From contig NIVC01004771.1 of NCBI GenBank assembly GCA_002269645.1, forward strand, positions 1-35,366: a DNA stretch of 35,366 nucleotides, read 5' to 3'. The position numbers and the translations under genes were made by a program. Origin of the DNA: Macrostomum lignano (taxonomy: Eukaryota). The notes under the pieces are model-generated. The model saw only the letters and a list, made by a program, of their open reading frames with translations, was not told where the DNA came from and made no database searches. Position 1 is the first letter of the stretch. Each line of letters opens with the position of its first letter. This document shows positions 11,826-21,574 of the stretch, in pieces.

Positions 11826-12365
11826 GACATCGATTTTGTCGGCTCCGGAGAACGTCTTCACGTCGGTCCGGAGGCCAAGGCCAGGCTGATGGCCACCCTG
11901 CAGAGCGACACCGAGTTCCTGGCCAACTGCCACCTCATGGACTACTCTCTGCTGGTTGGCATTCACGATCCCGCAGCTGGCGGCGGCTGTAAAGACGCTC
12001 GAGGAGCCGACGCTGCTGTTGCCGCCGCTGTTGAAGCGGCAACAGCCGGCGCCGCTGCCTCCGAAGGCGACGGCGCCGACGCTGACGAGGCCAGCTCGGG
12101 CAACGAGCTCGAACTCGGCGTCGGAGTTGCCGTTGACGACGCCTCGTTAGCCAGGGAGCGACGGTTCGCCGTGCCCGCCGCGGACCAGTCCCAGCTGCTG
12201 TACTTCATCGGCCTGATAGACATTCTCACTAAGTACGGCGTGCGCAAACGGACAGCCAAGACCTACAAGACCATGAAGCATGGCAACGAGGCCCAGTTGA
12301 GCTCGGTTAAGCCGGAAGTCTACGCGCGTAGATTTCTGGAGTTTGTGGACTCAAGTCTCGTCTAG
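11826..12365 (+). CDS. PIP4K2: PIP4K2-like exon 5 (terminal); joined CDS 1197 nt = 398 aa
   Basis: CAG|DIDF...LMDYSLLVGIHD...LIDILTKYGVRKRTAKTYKTMKHG...PEVYARRFLEF...stop. The activation loop has Ala at the type II specificity position (Glu in PIP5K). Confidence 0.96.
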   Translation, partial: DIDFVGSGERLHVGPEAKARLMATLQSDTEFLANCHLMDYSLLVGIHDPAAGGGCKDARGADAAVAAAVEAATAGAAASEGDGADADEASSGNELELGVGVAVDDASLARERRFAVPAADQSQLLYFIGLIDILTKYGVRKRTAKTYKTMKHGNEAQLSSVKPEVYARRFLEFVDSSLV

Positions 12366-12511
12366 TATTGTGCGACTCGTGCTTCTGAATGTCCATTTGT
12401 GAACATTTTTGTGGCTGAATATTAGATATCATTTTTCTTGAGTGCAAATTTATTTTATTTTTTAGTAGTAGCAAAGCAACTCTATAAAAAAGATAAACAG
12501 GATAGGCAGAT

Positions 12512-12968
12512 TCTCAAGCACTGATGGAGCGGAGAGGCTGACTCTCAAGACTCTCAAGCACTGATGGAGCGGAGAGGCTGACTCTCAAGACTCTCAAGCA
12601 CTGATGGAGCGGAGAGGCTGACTCTCAAGACTCTCAAGCACTGATGGAGCGGAGAGGCTGACTCTCAAGGACTCTAAAGGGAGCGGAGAGGCAGACTCTC
12701 AAGCACTGATGGAGCGGAGAGGCTGACTCTCAAGAACTCTGAAGGGAGCGGAGAGGCAGACTCTCAAGCACTGATGGAGCGGAGAGGCTGACTCTCAAGG
12801 ACTCTGAAGGGAGCGGAGAGGCTGACTCTCAAGCACTGATGAAGCGGAGAGGCTGACTCTCAAGGACTCTGAAGGGAGCGGAGAGGCAGACTCTCAAGCA
12901 CTGATGGAGCGGAGAGGCTGACTCTCAAGGACTCTGAAGGGAGCGGGGAGGCAGATTCTCAAGCACTG
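12512..12968. repeat. Minisatellite: 40-bp units changing into 65-bp A/B dimers (core CTCTCAAG...GAGCGGAGAGGC)
   Basis: A = CTCTCAAGCACTGATGGAGCGGAGAGGCTGA (31 bp), followed by a 9-bp stub in the first copies; later copies alternate with B = CTCTCAAGGACTCTGAAGGGAGCGGAGAGGCAGA (34 bp). Confidence 0.93.
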
Positions 12969-13330
12969 GGTGTAATGGAGTAATATTACGAGTAATTCAG
13001 TACGATCAAGGAAATGTCGCAGTTGCTTCCAGTAGCTTCCAAAGCTACAGTTTACCAAACTTGGCCAATAAAAAAATTAATATTTAATTTTGTTACTCAT
13101 TTCTGTCAGCGTATTAATTTTTTTTATATCTCTGCAGCAGCCGGTGCCAATGAGCGTTGAAAATTTGTGTTTTTATTATTGCGTAATCATTCATTATGTG
13201 CCATGAATCGTATCAAATAGCATTATATTAGACATTATATTATAATATAGGTACGATTTGTTTTATAATTTACTTTACTAACTGTTCGGCAGTGAAGTCG
13301 ATCATTCAGTCTTTATCATTCAGTCTTCCC

Positions 13331-13790
13331 CACAGATACTAAAATAACTAGATGGGCCACTCAGGCACATATACTTAGTAAAACAGCTTTTTACTTTCAG
13401 TTCAGTAGCAAAGAAGAATACATAAGCTATTTTATAGAAATAAAGGCAGCTGAAATGACTTTGATAAGTTTAGAAGCCCAGGCTTGCAGGCGTAAACAAC
13501 TTGCTAATTGGTTCAGCCATAATGTACATTAGCCAATCCACTGAAATGTACATGGCAGCTTTAGGCTGGAATTCCGAGGAAGGCAATAAACATTTGGTGG
13601 CGGGGCGGGGGGTAGTGTGGATAGGTTCGGTGGGAGGGTTTAAGCTTGGGGGGGGTAAGAGCCAATAAATTGAGCCTTTGCTTTAAAAATACATTAAAAT
13701 GCTTCTGTTTAGCTTACTACTGAACTGAAAGTAGTTTGCACGCAAATGTGCTGAGTGGCCCATCTAGTTATTCTAGTACGAGTATCTGTG
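13331..13790. mobile_element. MITE copy 2 (460 bp), inverted relative to copy 1
   Basis: Same TIR (CACAGATACTAAAATAACTAGATGGGCCACTCAG ... AGTATCTGTG); TSD GTCTTCCC / GTCTTCTC (7 of 8); interior is the reverse complement of copy 1. Confidence 0.9.
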
Positions 13791-14207
13791 GTCTTCTCCC
13801 TTGTTCAGTCGGTTAAAAGTCACTTTGTGCGTTGTATCCAAAATATATGTTGCTTTTATAAGCACATACATTGTAAGAAGCATCAGGTGCGTGTATTTTC
13901 AATTTATTTATCTGTCAGAGGTAATTGTTTAAATGTAATAAAAACATTTATTGCCTTCATACGATTAGCGACACTTGTATTTTATTCTATATTGCATGCG
14001 GCGCAATGTTTCAAATCGTTACAAAATAAATTATAATAAATCCCGCATGCCTCATCAGAATCATCAGAATTTTGAGCGATGATGGGCACTAAAATTAATT
14101 ACGAGCTAATTATATTTTTAGAGCATTGCGCTTTACTGTATTTAATGGAGTTCAATTTTAGGTTCCTGGCCTTAAGACTCAAATTTGTTTCGTTTTTGTG
14201 ACTTTAA

Positions 14208-14949
14208 AATATGACCATCTAGTTTGAGACATGGCCATCCAGTTTGAGACATGGCCATCCAGTTTAATACATGGCCATCCAGTTTGAGACATGGCCATCT
14301 AGTTTGAGACATGGCCATACAGTTTAATACATGGCCATCCAGTTTGAGACATGGCCATCCAGTTTGAGACATGGCCATCCAGTTTGAGACATGGCCATCC
14401 AGTTTGAGACATGGCCATCCAGTTTGAGACATGGCCATACAGTTTAATACATGGCCATCCAGTTTAATACATGGCCATCCAGTTTGAGACATGGCCATCT
14501 AGTTTGAGACATGGCCATACAGTTTAATACATGGCCATCCAGTTTGAGACATGGCCATCTAGTTTGAGACATGGCCATCCAGTTTGAGACACGGCCATCC
14601 AGTTTAATACATGGCCATCCAGTTTGAGACATGGCCATCTAGTTTGAGACATGGCCATCCAGTTTGAGACATGGCCATACAGTTTGAGACATGGCCATCC
14701 AGTTTGAGACATGGCTATCCAGTTTGAGACATGGCCATCCAGTTTGAGACATGGCCATACAGTTTGAGACGTGGCCATTCAGCCTTAGACATGGCCATAC
14801 AGTTTGAGACGTGGCCATTCAGTTTGAGACATGGCCATACAGTTTGAGACGTGGCCATTCAGTTTGAGACATGGCCATACAGTTTGAGACGTGGCCATTC
14901 AGCCTTAGACATGGCCATACAGTTTGAGACATGGCCATACAGTTTGAGA
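14208..14949. repeat. 20-bp minisatellite (ACATGGCCATCCAGTTTGAG), ~37 units
   Basis: Tandem units with palindromic core ATGGCCAT; variants TTTGAGAC and TTTAATAC; source of the MAMSQTGWPC ORFs. Confidence 0.96.
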
Positions 14950-15640
14950 AGGTACAAACGCGTTCAAGAGTACACGTGGGTACTTATTAAACAATAAGAC
15001 TAACTAAGCTTTTTAAATATGCTATGTTAATCACGATTGTACCGCTTGATTGACAGCAACAGTTCTCATAGCGATATTAATTGTCAGTATATATATTTCA
15101 GTAATTATTTGCAATATTAAATATGAACATTAAAAGCCTGTCATTGTTGTTTATGGAGTAAGAAATTAATCAACAAGATCCGCCTAGATACAAATCAATT
15201 TTTAATGTGCTTTTGCATGGTCATCGCTGACCTGCTCAGCTTCGAAAACACACGCACAGCACTGCTGTTTCAATTATTGCTGCTAGAAGCGAGATGGCAA
15301 CAAACAGTGTGAAAAAGGACTTCATTAACCTAGAAAAATACACTATGGTCATTTTGATGCGGGAGCCCCAGAGACAAATGATTGATTATCGACACGATTA
15401 ACGATAAACTACAGGTTTTCTTTTCATGGTACAGCATCATAACAGAAATTTTATTAGTAAGAAAGTTAGTGCATGGTACTCGTAAGTGAAAGTTTATGGA
15501 TGATGATGAATAATACAGAATTTTCTGCTTCAAAAGTTTGATATGAACTAATTTAATATCAGGATACAAGCGACAAAACACGATTTTAAATATCTGAGTT
15601 AAATGGGGATTTAACAGGCACAAAAGGACGATTTGGGACA

Positions 15641-16078
15641 CCACGGATGCTAGATACTAGATAGGCCACTCAGGCATATATACGTAGTAAAACAGCCTTC
15701 TACTTTCAGTTCAGTAGCAAAGAAGAGTACATAAGCTTTTATATAAAAATAAAGGCAGCTGAAATGATTTGATAAGTTTAGAAGCCCAAGTTAGAATTTA
15801 GAACCTGCTAATTGGTTCAGCCATAATGTACATTAGCCAGTCCACTTAAATGTACATGGCAGCTTTAGGCTGGAATTCCGAGGAAGGCAATAAAAATTCG
15901 GTGGCGGGCGGGGTTGTGTGGAAAAGCTTTGTTGGAGGGTTTAAGCTGGGGGGATAAGAGCCAATAAATGAGCTTTGGCTTTAAAAATACATTGAAATGC
16001 TTCTGTTTAACTTACTACTGAACTGAAAGTAGCTTACACGCAAATGTGCTGAGTGGCCCATTTAGTTATTCTAGTATC
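15641..16078. mobile_element. MITE copy 3 (more degenerate), same orientation as copy 2
   Basis: Eroded TIRs (CACGGATGCTAGATACTAGATAGGCCACTCAG ... CTGAGTGGCCCATTTAGTTATTCTAGTATC); flanked by direct repeat TTTGGGACA (15632-15640, 16079-16087); interior colinear with copy 2. Confidence 0.85.
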
Positions 16079-16273
16079 TTTGGGACAGACTCAAGTTTTT
16101 GCGATTCGACAGTTGGGGAGGGGGGTAGGAAAGTTGAAAGGCAATGTACATAACTGTGTCACTTCCAATGTACATGTGCATGTGCTATTTTTAGAAGACA
16201 CTGCTTGATTATCAGTCTAGTTGGGTGACGACTCAGCGGCCCGGATTGTGTGCAGTTAATTCAAGCCCAGTCT

Positions 16274-16356
16274 CTAAATGCTTTCGATGTCCTTGTAGTA
16301 CTGCTCCAGGTCGGCCTTCAGCTTGCCAAGATTGTCCTTCTTCTGCTGGAGCTCCT
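16274..16356 (-). CDS. Tm: Tropomyosin terminal exon, distal alternative (exon 9-like)
   Basis: ACAG|(E)ELQQKKDNLGKLKADLEQYYKDIESI*; 83 nt, phase 1, the canonical size and phase of a tropomyosin last exon. Confidence 0.85.
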
Positions 16357-17076
16357 CTGTGGTTATCGAGTTTATGAAATTAGCATTATAATTATAAAGT
16401 AAAGCATTTTCCGAGCTATGCTCAACTATGCTCAACGTTTGAGGTAGCAGAAGGTGGTAAGGCCGCACTGTTTACGTGTTAAACTTCTATAATAAATTTG
16501 AATTTGTCCTCGATTTAGGAAGGGACAAATTGTTAAAATAAAACACAACAGCCAAGCTACTATTGTAAACAATAGAGGAAAAGTACATAACAACGAGGGG
16601 TTCCCGGAATGTATTTATGGTGAACGGCAGAATGTCAAAACGAGCTGAAATGCAAGCGAGCTAAATCGACCAGAAATGATTCAGGGCCATAGGATCAAAG
16701 GACGGCCGAATGGAACTTCAGTCTGGCAACACCGAATCGTTTAATAAAAACTTTTGCTGTTTTACCATTTAATACTCTCGTAGAATTGCAATGAGTTGTG
16801 GCTAAACATTTCACCTCATCCGGACATTCCTGCCGTTCACATGCAGTAAGCACAGTCAGGAGAATTTGCAACACCCAATCGTACAGACACATTGACATCG
16901 ACGCAAAAAAGAACTGATCTGGTTGTCAGCAACGCAATGCACGGATAGATGCTACTGTCTGTAAGTAGTATAGAACGAAAACATTCAGCACAGAGACAAG
17001 GATGGACAGTATTTTTTAACAGCTAGCTAGTACTACCAGTACTACTAAACAAAGAGCTGCACTAGTAGTAGTATAG

Positions 17077-17162
17077 TTAGGCCGCATATTTCACGGCCTG
17101 CAACAGTTGATCCAAGTCGCGTTTGAGTTTAGCCACCAGCTGGTGCTGCTGCTCAAGTCTGG
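17077..17162 (-). CDS. Tm: Tropomyosin terminal exon, proximal alternative (exon 9-like)
   Basis: TTTGCAG|(A)RLEQQHQLVAKLKRDLDQLLQAVKYAA*; 86 nt, phase 1; heptad pattern aligns with the distal exon (LK.DL.Q). Confidence 0.75.
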
Positions 17163-17424
17163 CTGCAAATGCAAGGAAATTGTCGGAAAGTTTGCCAATG
17201 GAGGAATCTCTGAGAACAGAGCGATCGGTTAGTCCATTGGTTCGTTGATAAGTGCAAAGCTCAACATATTTTTGCATAAGCATGGGTGAACTCGCGAGTC
17301 TTTTAATGTGATTCATAAATTCATTCTAATTCTATAGAACTATTCTCTAAGCAGTAGATTATACGGTAAATAAGGCGGTACGGTTACAAAAATTTCTTCA
17401 AATGATATGCACGCCTGGATCCAC

Positions 17425-17730
17425 CCAGCCTACCTGGTTCCTCATGGGGTATCATCTACCTGTCATCCAACCTACCTGGTTCCTCATGGGGATCATCTAC
17501 CTGTCACCCAACCTACCTGGTTCCTCATGGGGATCATCTACCTGTCACCCAACCTACCTGGTTCTTCATGGGGTATCATCTACCTGCCATCCAACCTACC
17601 CGGTTCTTCATGGGGTATCATCTACCTGTCATCCAACCTACCCGGTTCTTCATGGGGTATCATCTACCTGTCATCCAACCTACCCGGTTCTTCATGGGGT
17701 ATCATCTACCTGTCATCCAACCATCCAACC
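17425..17730. repeat. 42-bp minisatellite (GGGGTATCATCTACCTGTCATCCAACCTACCCGGTTCTTCAT), ~7 units
   Basis: Tandem units; the 14-aa periodicity of the overlapping ORFs confirms 42 bp. Confidence 0.93.
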
Positions 17731-18182
17731 CTGTTCTTCAAACGGCCCACTAGCCTGCAAAAGCACAGTACTCGGGTAGGTTTAAGAATTTTTGAGATTC
17801 AATTAAGAATATGATTTAATAGTCAACTTTAGTAAAAGGACGGCGAGAATTATTTAAAAGTAGAGTATCAAGTAATAACACCATATCATCAGTAGGTGAA
17901 TCTAAAAAGTGCTAAAACTATAGCTATTGCAAGTGCAAACAAGGATATCAACAATACGGATCTGCAACCAGAATAAGTATGAACTAAAAATTGCCACGGC
18001 GGGGCGACTGAGAAATGACAACAACAAGATCGGTGCATTAGGAGCCGGATGACTGGACTGTGCATTCGAATAAAATAGCATCAACCGGTGTGCGACACGA
18101 TGCAGACTGTCTGCTAAACAGTGCAGTTGGTGCATGTGGAGTTCCCTACATCCGCAAAGGTGTCAATCAATCAATATAATAC

Positions 18183-18252
18183 CTTCCAACTGTTCGTTCT
18201 CCACCTGGCGAGCAAATGCCGCCCTCTCAGCCGCCTCTCTGCGTCTCTCGCT
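18183..18252 (-). CDS. Tm: Tropomyosin alternative exon 8 (8b)
   Basis: AACAG|SERRREAAERAAFARQVENEQLE+g|GTATTA; exactly 70 nt, phase 0 to 1, same as exon 8a; aligns to AEERAESAEREAANRQKEIDETE. Confidence 0.75.
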
Positions 18253-18552
18253 CTGTTATTGCATTTAATTGAGTTCAAGCAGGCGCAAAATATTTTAGCA
18301 AACAACTGGCTACGGAAACACTTGGCTCTGTGCATTCATGACAAAGTACACGAAATAACAGTTCCCGCTTAGCCAATCGCTGATAGAAGAAGCATTATGT
18401 AAAACATAAAAGAAGCGTCATGTCGAACATGGAAGATTCATTTGGGAATTGCTACGATGTCAAGGCTTGGAGGGAATCGCTATAATGCTGTGACAGGCTG
18501 TGTCAAGGCTTACGGTGGAAGAATTGCTGAGATGTCAAGGTTTTATGGTTAC

Positions 18553-18591
18553 GGTTAGGGTTAGGTTTGGGGTTAGGGTTAGGATTAGGGG
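18553..18591 (+). repeat. Short degenerate interstitial (TTAGGG)n
   Basis: GGTTAGGGTTAGGTTTGGGGTTAGGGTTAGGATTAGGGG immediately before the 30-bp array. Confidence 0.7.
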
Positions 18592-19920
18592 TATTGCTGA
18601 GACTTCTAGGCTGACGGAGGGATTGTTGAGATGTCAAGGCTCACGGGGGGGATTGTTGAGATGTCAAGGCTCACGGGGAGATTGTTGAGATGTCAAGGCT
18701 CACGGGGGGGGGATTGTTGAGATGTCAAGGCTCACGGGGGTATTGTTGAGATGTCAGAGCTCATGGGGGGATTGTTGAGATGTCAAGGCTCACGGGGGGA
18801 TTGTTGAGACTTCTAGGCTGACGGAGGGATTGTTGAGATGTCAAGGCTCACGGGGGGATTGTTGAGAAGTCAAGGCTCACGGGGGGATTGTTGAGATGTC
18901 AAGGCTCACGGGGAGATTGTTGAGATGTCAAGGCTCACGGGGGGGATTGTTGAGATGTCAAGGCTCATGGGGGATTGTTGAGATGTCAAGGCTCACGGGG
19001 GATTGTTGAGATGTCAAGGCTCACGGGGGTATTGTTGAGATGTCAAGGCTCACGGGGGGATTGTTGAGATGTCAAGGCTCACGGGGGGATTGTTGAGATG
19101 TCAAGGCTCACGGGGGTACTGTTGAGATGTCAGAGCTCATGGGGGGATTGTTGAGATGTCAAGGCTCACGGGGGGATTGTTGAGACTTCTAGGCTGACGG
19201 AGGGATTGTTGAGATGTCAAGGCTCACGGGGGGATTGTTGAGATGTCAAGGCTCACGGGGGGATTGTTGAGATGTCAAGGCTCACGGGGGGATTGTTGAG
19301 ATGTCAAGGCTCACGGGGGTACTGTTGAGATGTCAGAGCTCATGGGGGGATTGTTGAGATGTCAAGGCTCACGGGGGATTGTTGAGATGTCAAGGCTCAC
19401 GGGGGGATTGTTGAGATGTCAAGGCTCACGGGGAGATTGTTGAGATGTCAAGGCTCACGGGGGGGATTGTTGAGATGTCAAGGCTCATGGGGGGATTGTT
19501 GAGATGTCAAGGCTCACGGGGGGATTGTTGAGATGTCAAGGCTCACGGGGGTATTGTTGAGATGTCAAGGCTCACGGGGGGATTGTTGAGATGTCAAGGC
19601 GCACGGGGGGATTGTTGAGATGTCAAGGCTCACGGGGGGATTGTTGAGATGTCAGAGCTCACGGGGGGATTGTTGAGATGTCAAGGCTCACGGGGGGATT
19701 GTTGAGATGTCAGAGCTCATGGGGGGATTGTTGAGATGTCAAAGCTCACGGGTGGATTGTTGAGATGTCAAGGCTCATGGGGGATTGTTGAGATGTCAAG
19801 GCGCACGGGGGGATTGTTGAGATGTCAAGGCTCATGGGGGGATTGTTGAGATGTCAAGGCTCACGGGGGGATTGTTGAGATGTCAAGGCTCATGGGGGAG
19901 TCGCTGAGATGTCAAGGCTT
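18592..19920. repeat. ~30-bp minisatellite (GGATTGTTGAGATGTCAAGGCTCACGGGGG), ~44 units, between tropomyosin exons 8a and 8b
   Basis: Tandem units with variable G-run; recurrent variants GACTTCTAGGCTGACGGAG and CAGAGCTCATG indicate block duplications. Confidence 0.97.
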
Positions 19921-20260
19921 ACAAGGGAAATTGCTGCGGTTATTGCAAGGAGAAGCTACATGTAGTTGATTAAAAAATTTGTATTCATTTCTTTGTTGGG
20001 CGCTGATTGCTAGTAGTCATTACGCTCGTACTGAAAGTCGAAAATCAATTTTTAATAACATTAAAACAAATAAAAATATGCATGGCGTTTAATTAAATGT
20101 CAAATAGTAGCTTGGCTGCGTCTCAAACACTCTAATTTCAGTAGAAAGTAGTTAAAAGTATCGAATTTCTTGTAATAACCTATACAAAAGCCTTCCGCCA
20201 TCCCGACGTTCAGACTCATATAAAGAGCTCTGCAGTGCCCTATCATAGATTTGTCGTTAC

Positions 20261-20330
20261 CTTCGGTCTCGTCAATTTCTTTTTGCCGGTTGGCCGCCTC
20301 CCGCTCGGCGGACTCTGCCCTCTCCTCGGC
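20261..20330 (-). CDS. Tm: Tropomyosin exon 8 (8a)
   Basis: TTCAAG|AEERAESAEREAANRQKEIDETE+g|GTAACG; 70 nt; matches [23 protein letters not shown]. Confidence 0.92.
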
Positions 20331-20645
20331 CTTGAATTGCGCGCATGCAGGGGGCGTATCGTGTTGGTGATTTGCGCTGCTTGACACTATGCTCCAGATT
20401 TACACTCGTTAATAGGGTTGGTTAAATATATACAACGCGTAGGTAATTAAGGAAAGTTTAACAAAAAATTAATATATAAAATGTCGACTCTGCTAGAGCA
20501 AAATTGCTGAATCGTTTAAAACACCTGGAATTTTAAACAGCATTTGCAACCTACCTGACTGGGTAAGCCTATTAGTCGTAGAGGTACTATTAGCTCATTA
20601 ACTGCACCTAACTTAATGCGTGAGAGTGGCAAAGAGGCTTTAGCC

Positions 20646-21063
20646 AGCGCCAGCACCAAGGGGCGCCAGCACCAAGGGGCGCCAGCACCAAGGGGCGCCA
20701 GCACCAAGGGGCGCCAGCACCAAGGGGCGCCAGCACCAAGGGGCGCCAGCACCAAGGGGCGCCAGCACCAAGGGGCGCCAGCACCAAGGGGCGCCAGCAC
20801 CAAGGGGCGCCAGCACCAAGGGGCGCCAGCACCAAGGGGCGCCAGCACCAAGGGGCGCCAGCACCAAGGGGCGCCAGCACCAAGGGGCGCCAGCACCAAG
20901 AAGCGCCAGCACCAAGGGGCGCCAGCACCAAGGGGCGCCAGCACCAAGGGGCGCCAGCACCAAGGGGCGCCAGCACCAAGGGGCGCCAGCACCAAGGGGC
21001 GCCAGCACCAAGGGGCGCCAGCACCAAGGGGCGCCAGCACCAAGGGGCGCCAGCACCAAGGGG
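20646..21063. repeat. 17-bp minisatellite (GCGCCAGCACCAAGGGG), ~24 units
   Basis: Nearly perfect array with one variant unit (AAGAAG) near 20899; overlapping ORFs are repeat artefacts. Confidence 0.97.
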
Positions 21064-21160
21064 CTTTACCCCCTAGCCATTAAACTCTAAAACCTGAGTA
21101 GGTAATACGATCGCGTCCCCTGAACCGATGCAAAAGTCAGGTAAGTAACCAAGCGCTCAC

Positions 21161-21223
21161 CTCTTTCAGCTTCAGAGTGAGATCCATGATGAGCTTCTCG
21201 TTGCTTTCTTCCTTCTGGACTGA
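21161..21223 (-). CDS. Tm: Tropomyosin exon 7
   Basis: TTTCACAG|SVQKEESNEKLIMDLTLKLKE|GTGAGC; 63 nt, phase 0 to 0; matches [21 protein letters not shown]. Confidence 0.93.
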
Positions 21224-21574
21224 CTGTGAAAGGAATTGGTTGAGGGTAGAATGGCGGAATTAGAGATCGCTCTGTCCTGAAAATAAATTTTCTTACTCAC
21301 ATGGCGGTAAAAAGCTCTTGCAAGGCATGCAAGGTTAAACAAAACAAAGAATGATAATCCTCTTTGAACTTGATCGCATGCTTTCGCAGAAATGGGATTT
21401 TAACATGAAATTTGCTGAACTTGGCTTGCAGATCCATGGACTGCGTGGCCGAATCGCTATTTTTAGCTTTCAAGCTTAAATCACTTCAATTGAATCACTG
21501 ATCCCAATGCAATGCAGTTCGTACATGCACAGGCGAATACAATTGATCCCCTATTCTCGATGTAGATTAGCAAT

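Noticed and set aside
20150-20232. Possible third terminal exon right after exon 8a (LYESERRDGGRLLYRLLQEIRYF*)
   Set aside because: Needs a ~31-nt intron and a frame correction; in the required phase 1 it reads ELFI*.
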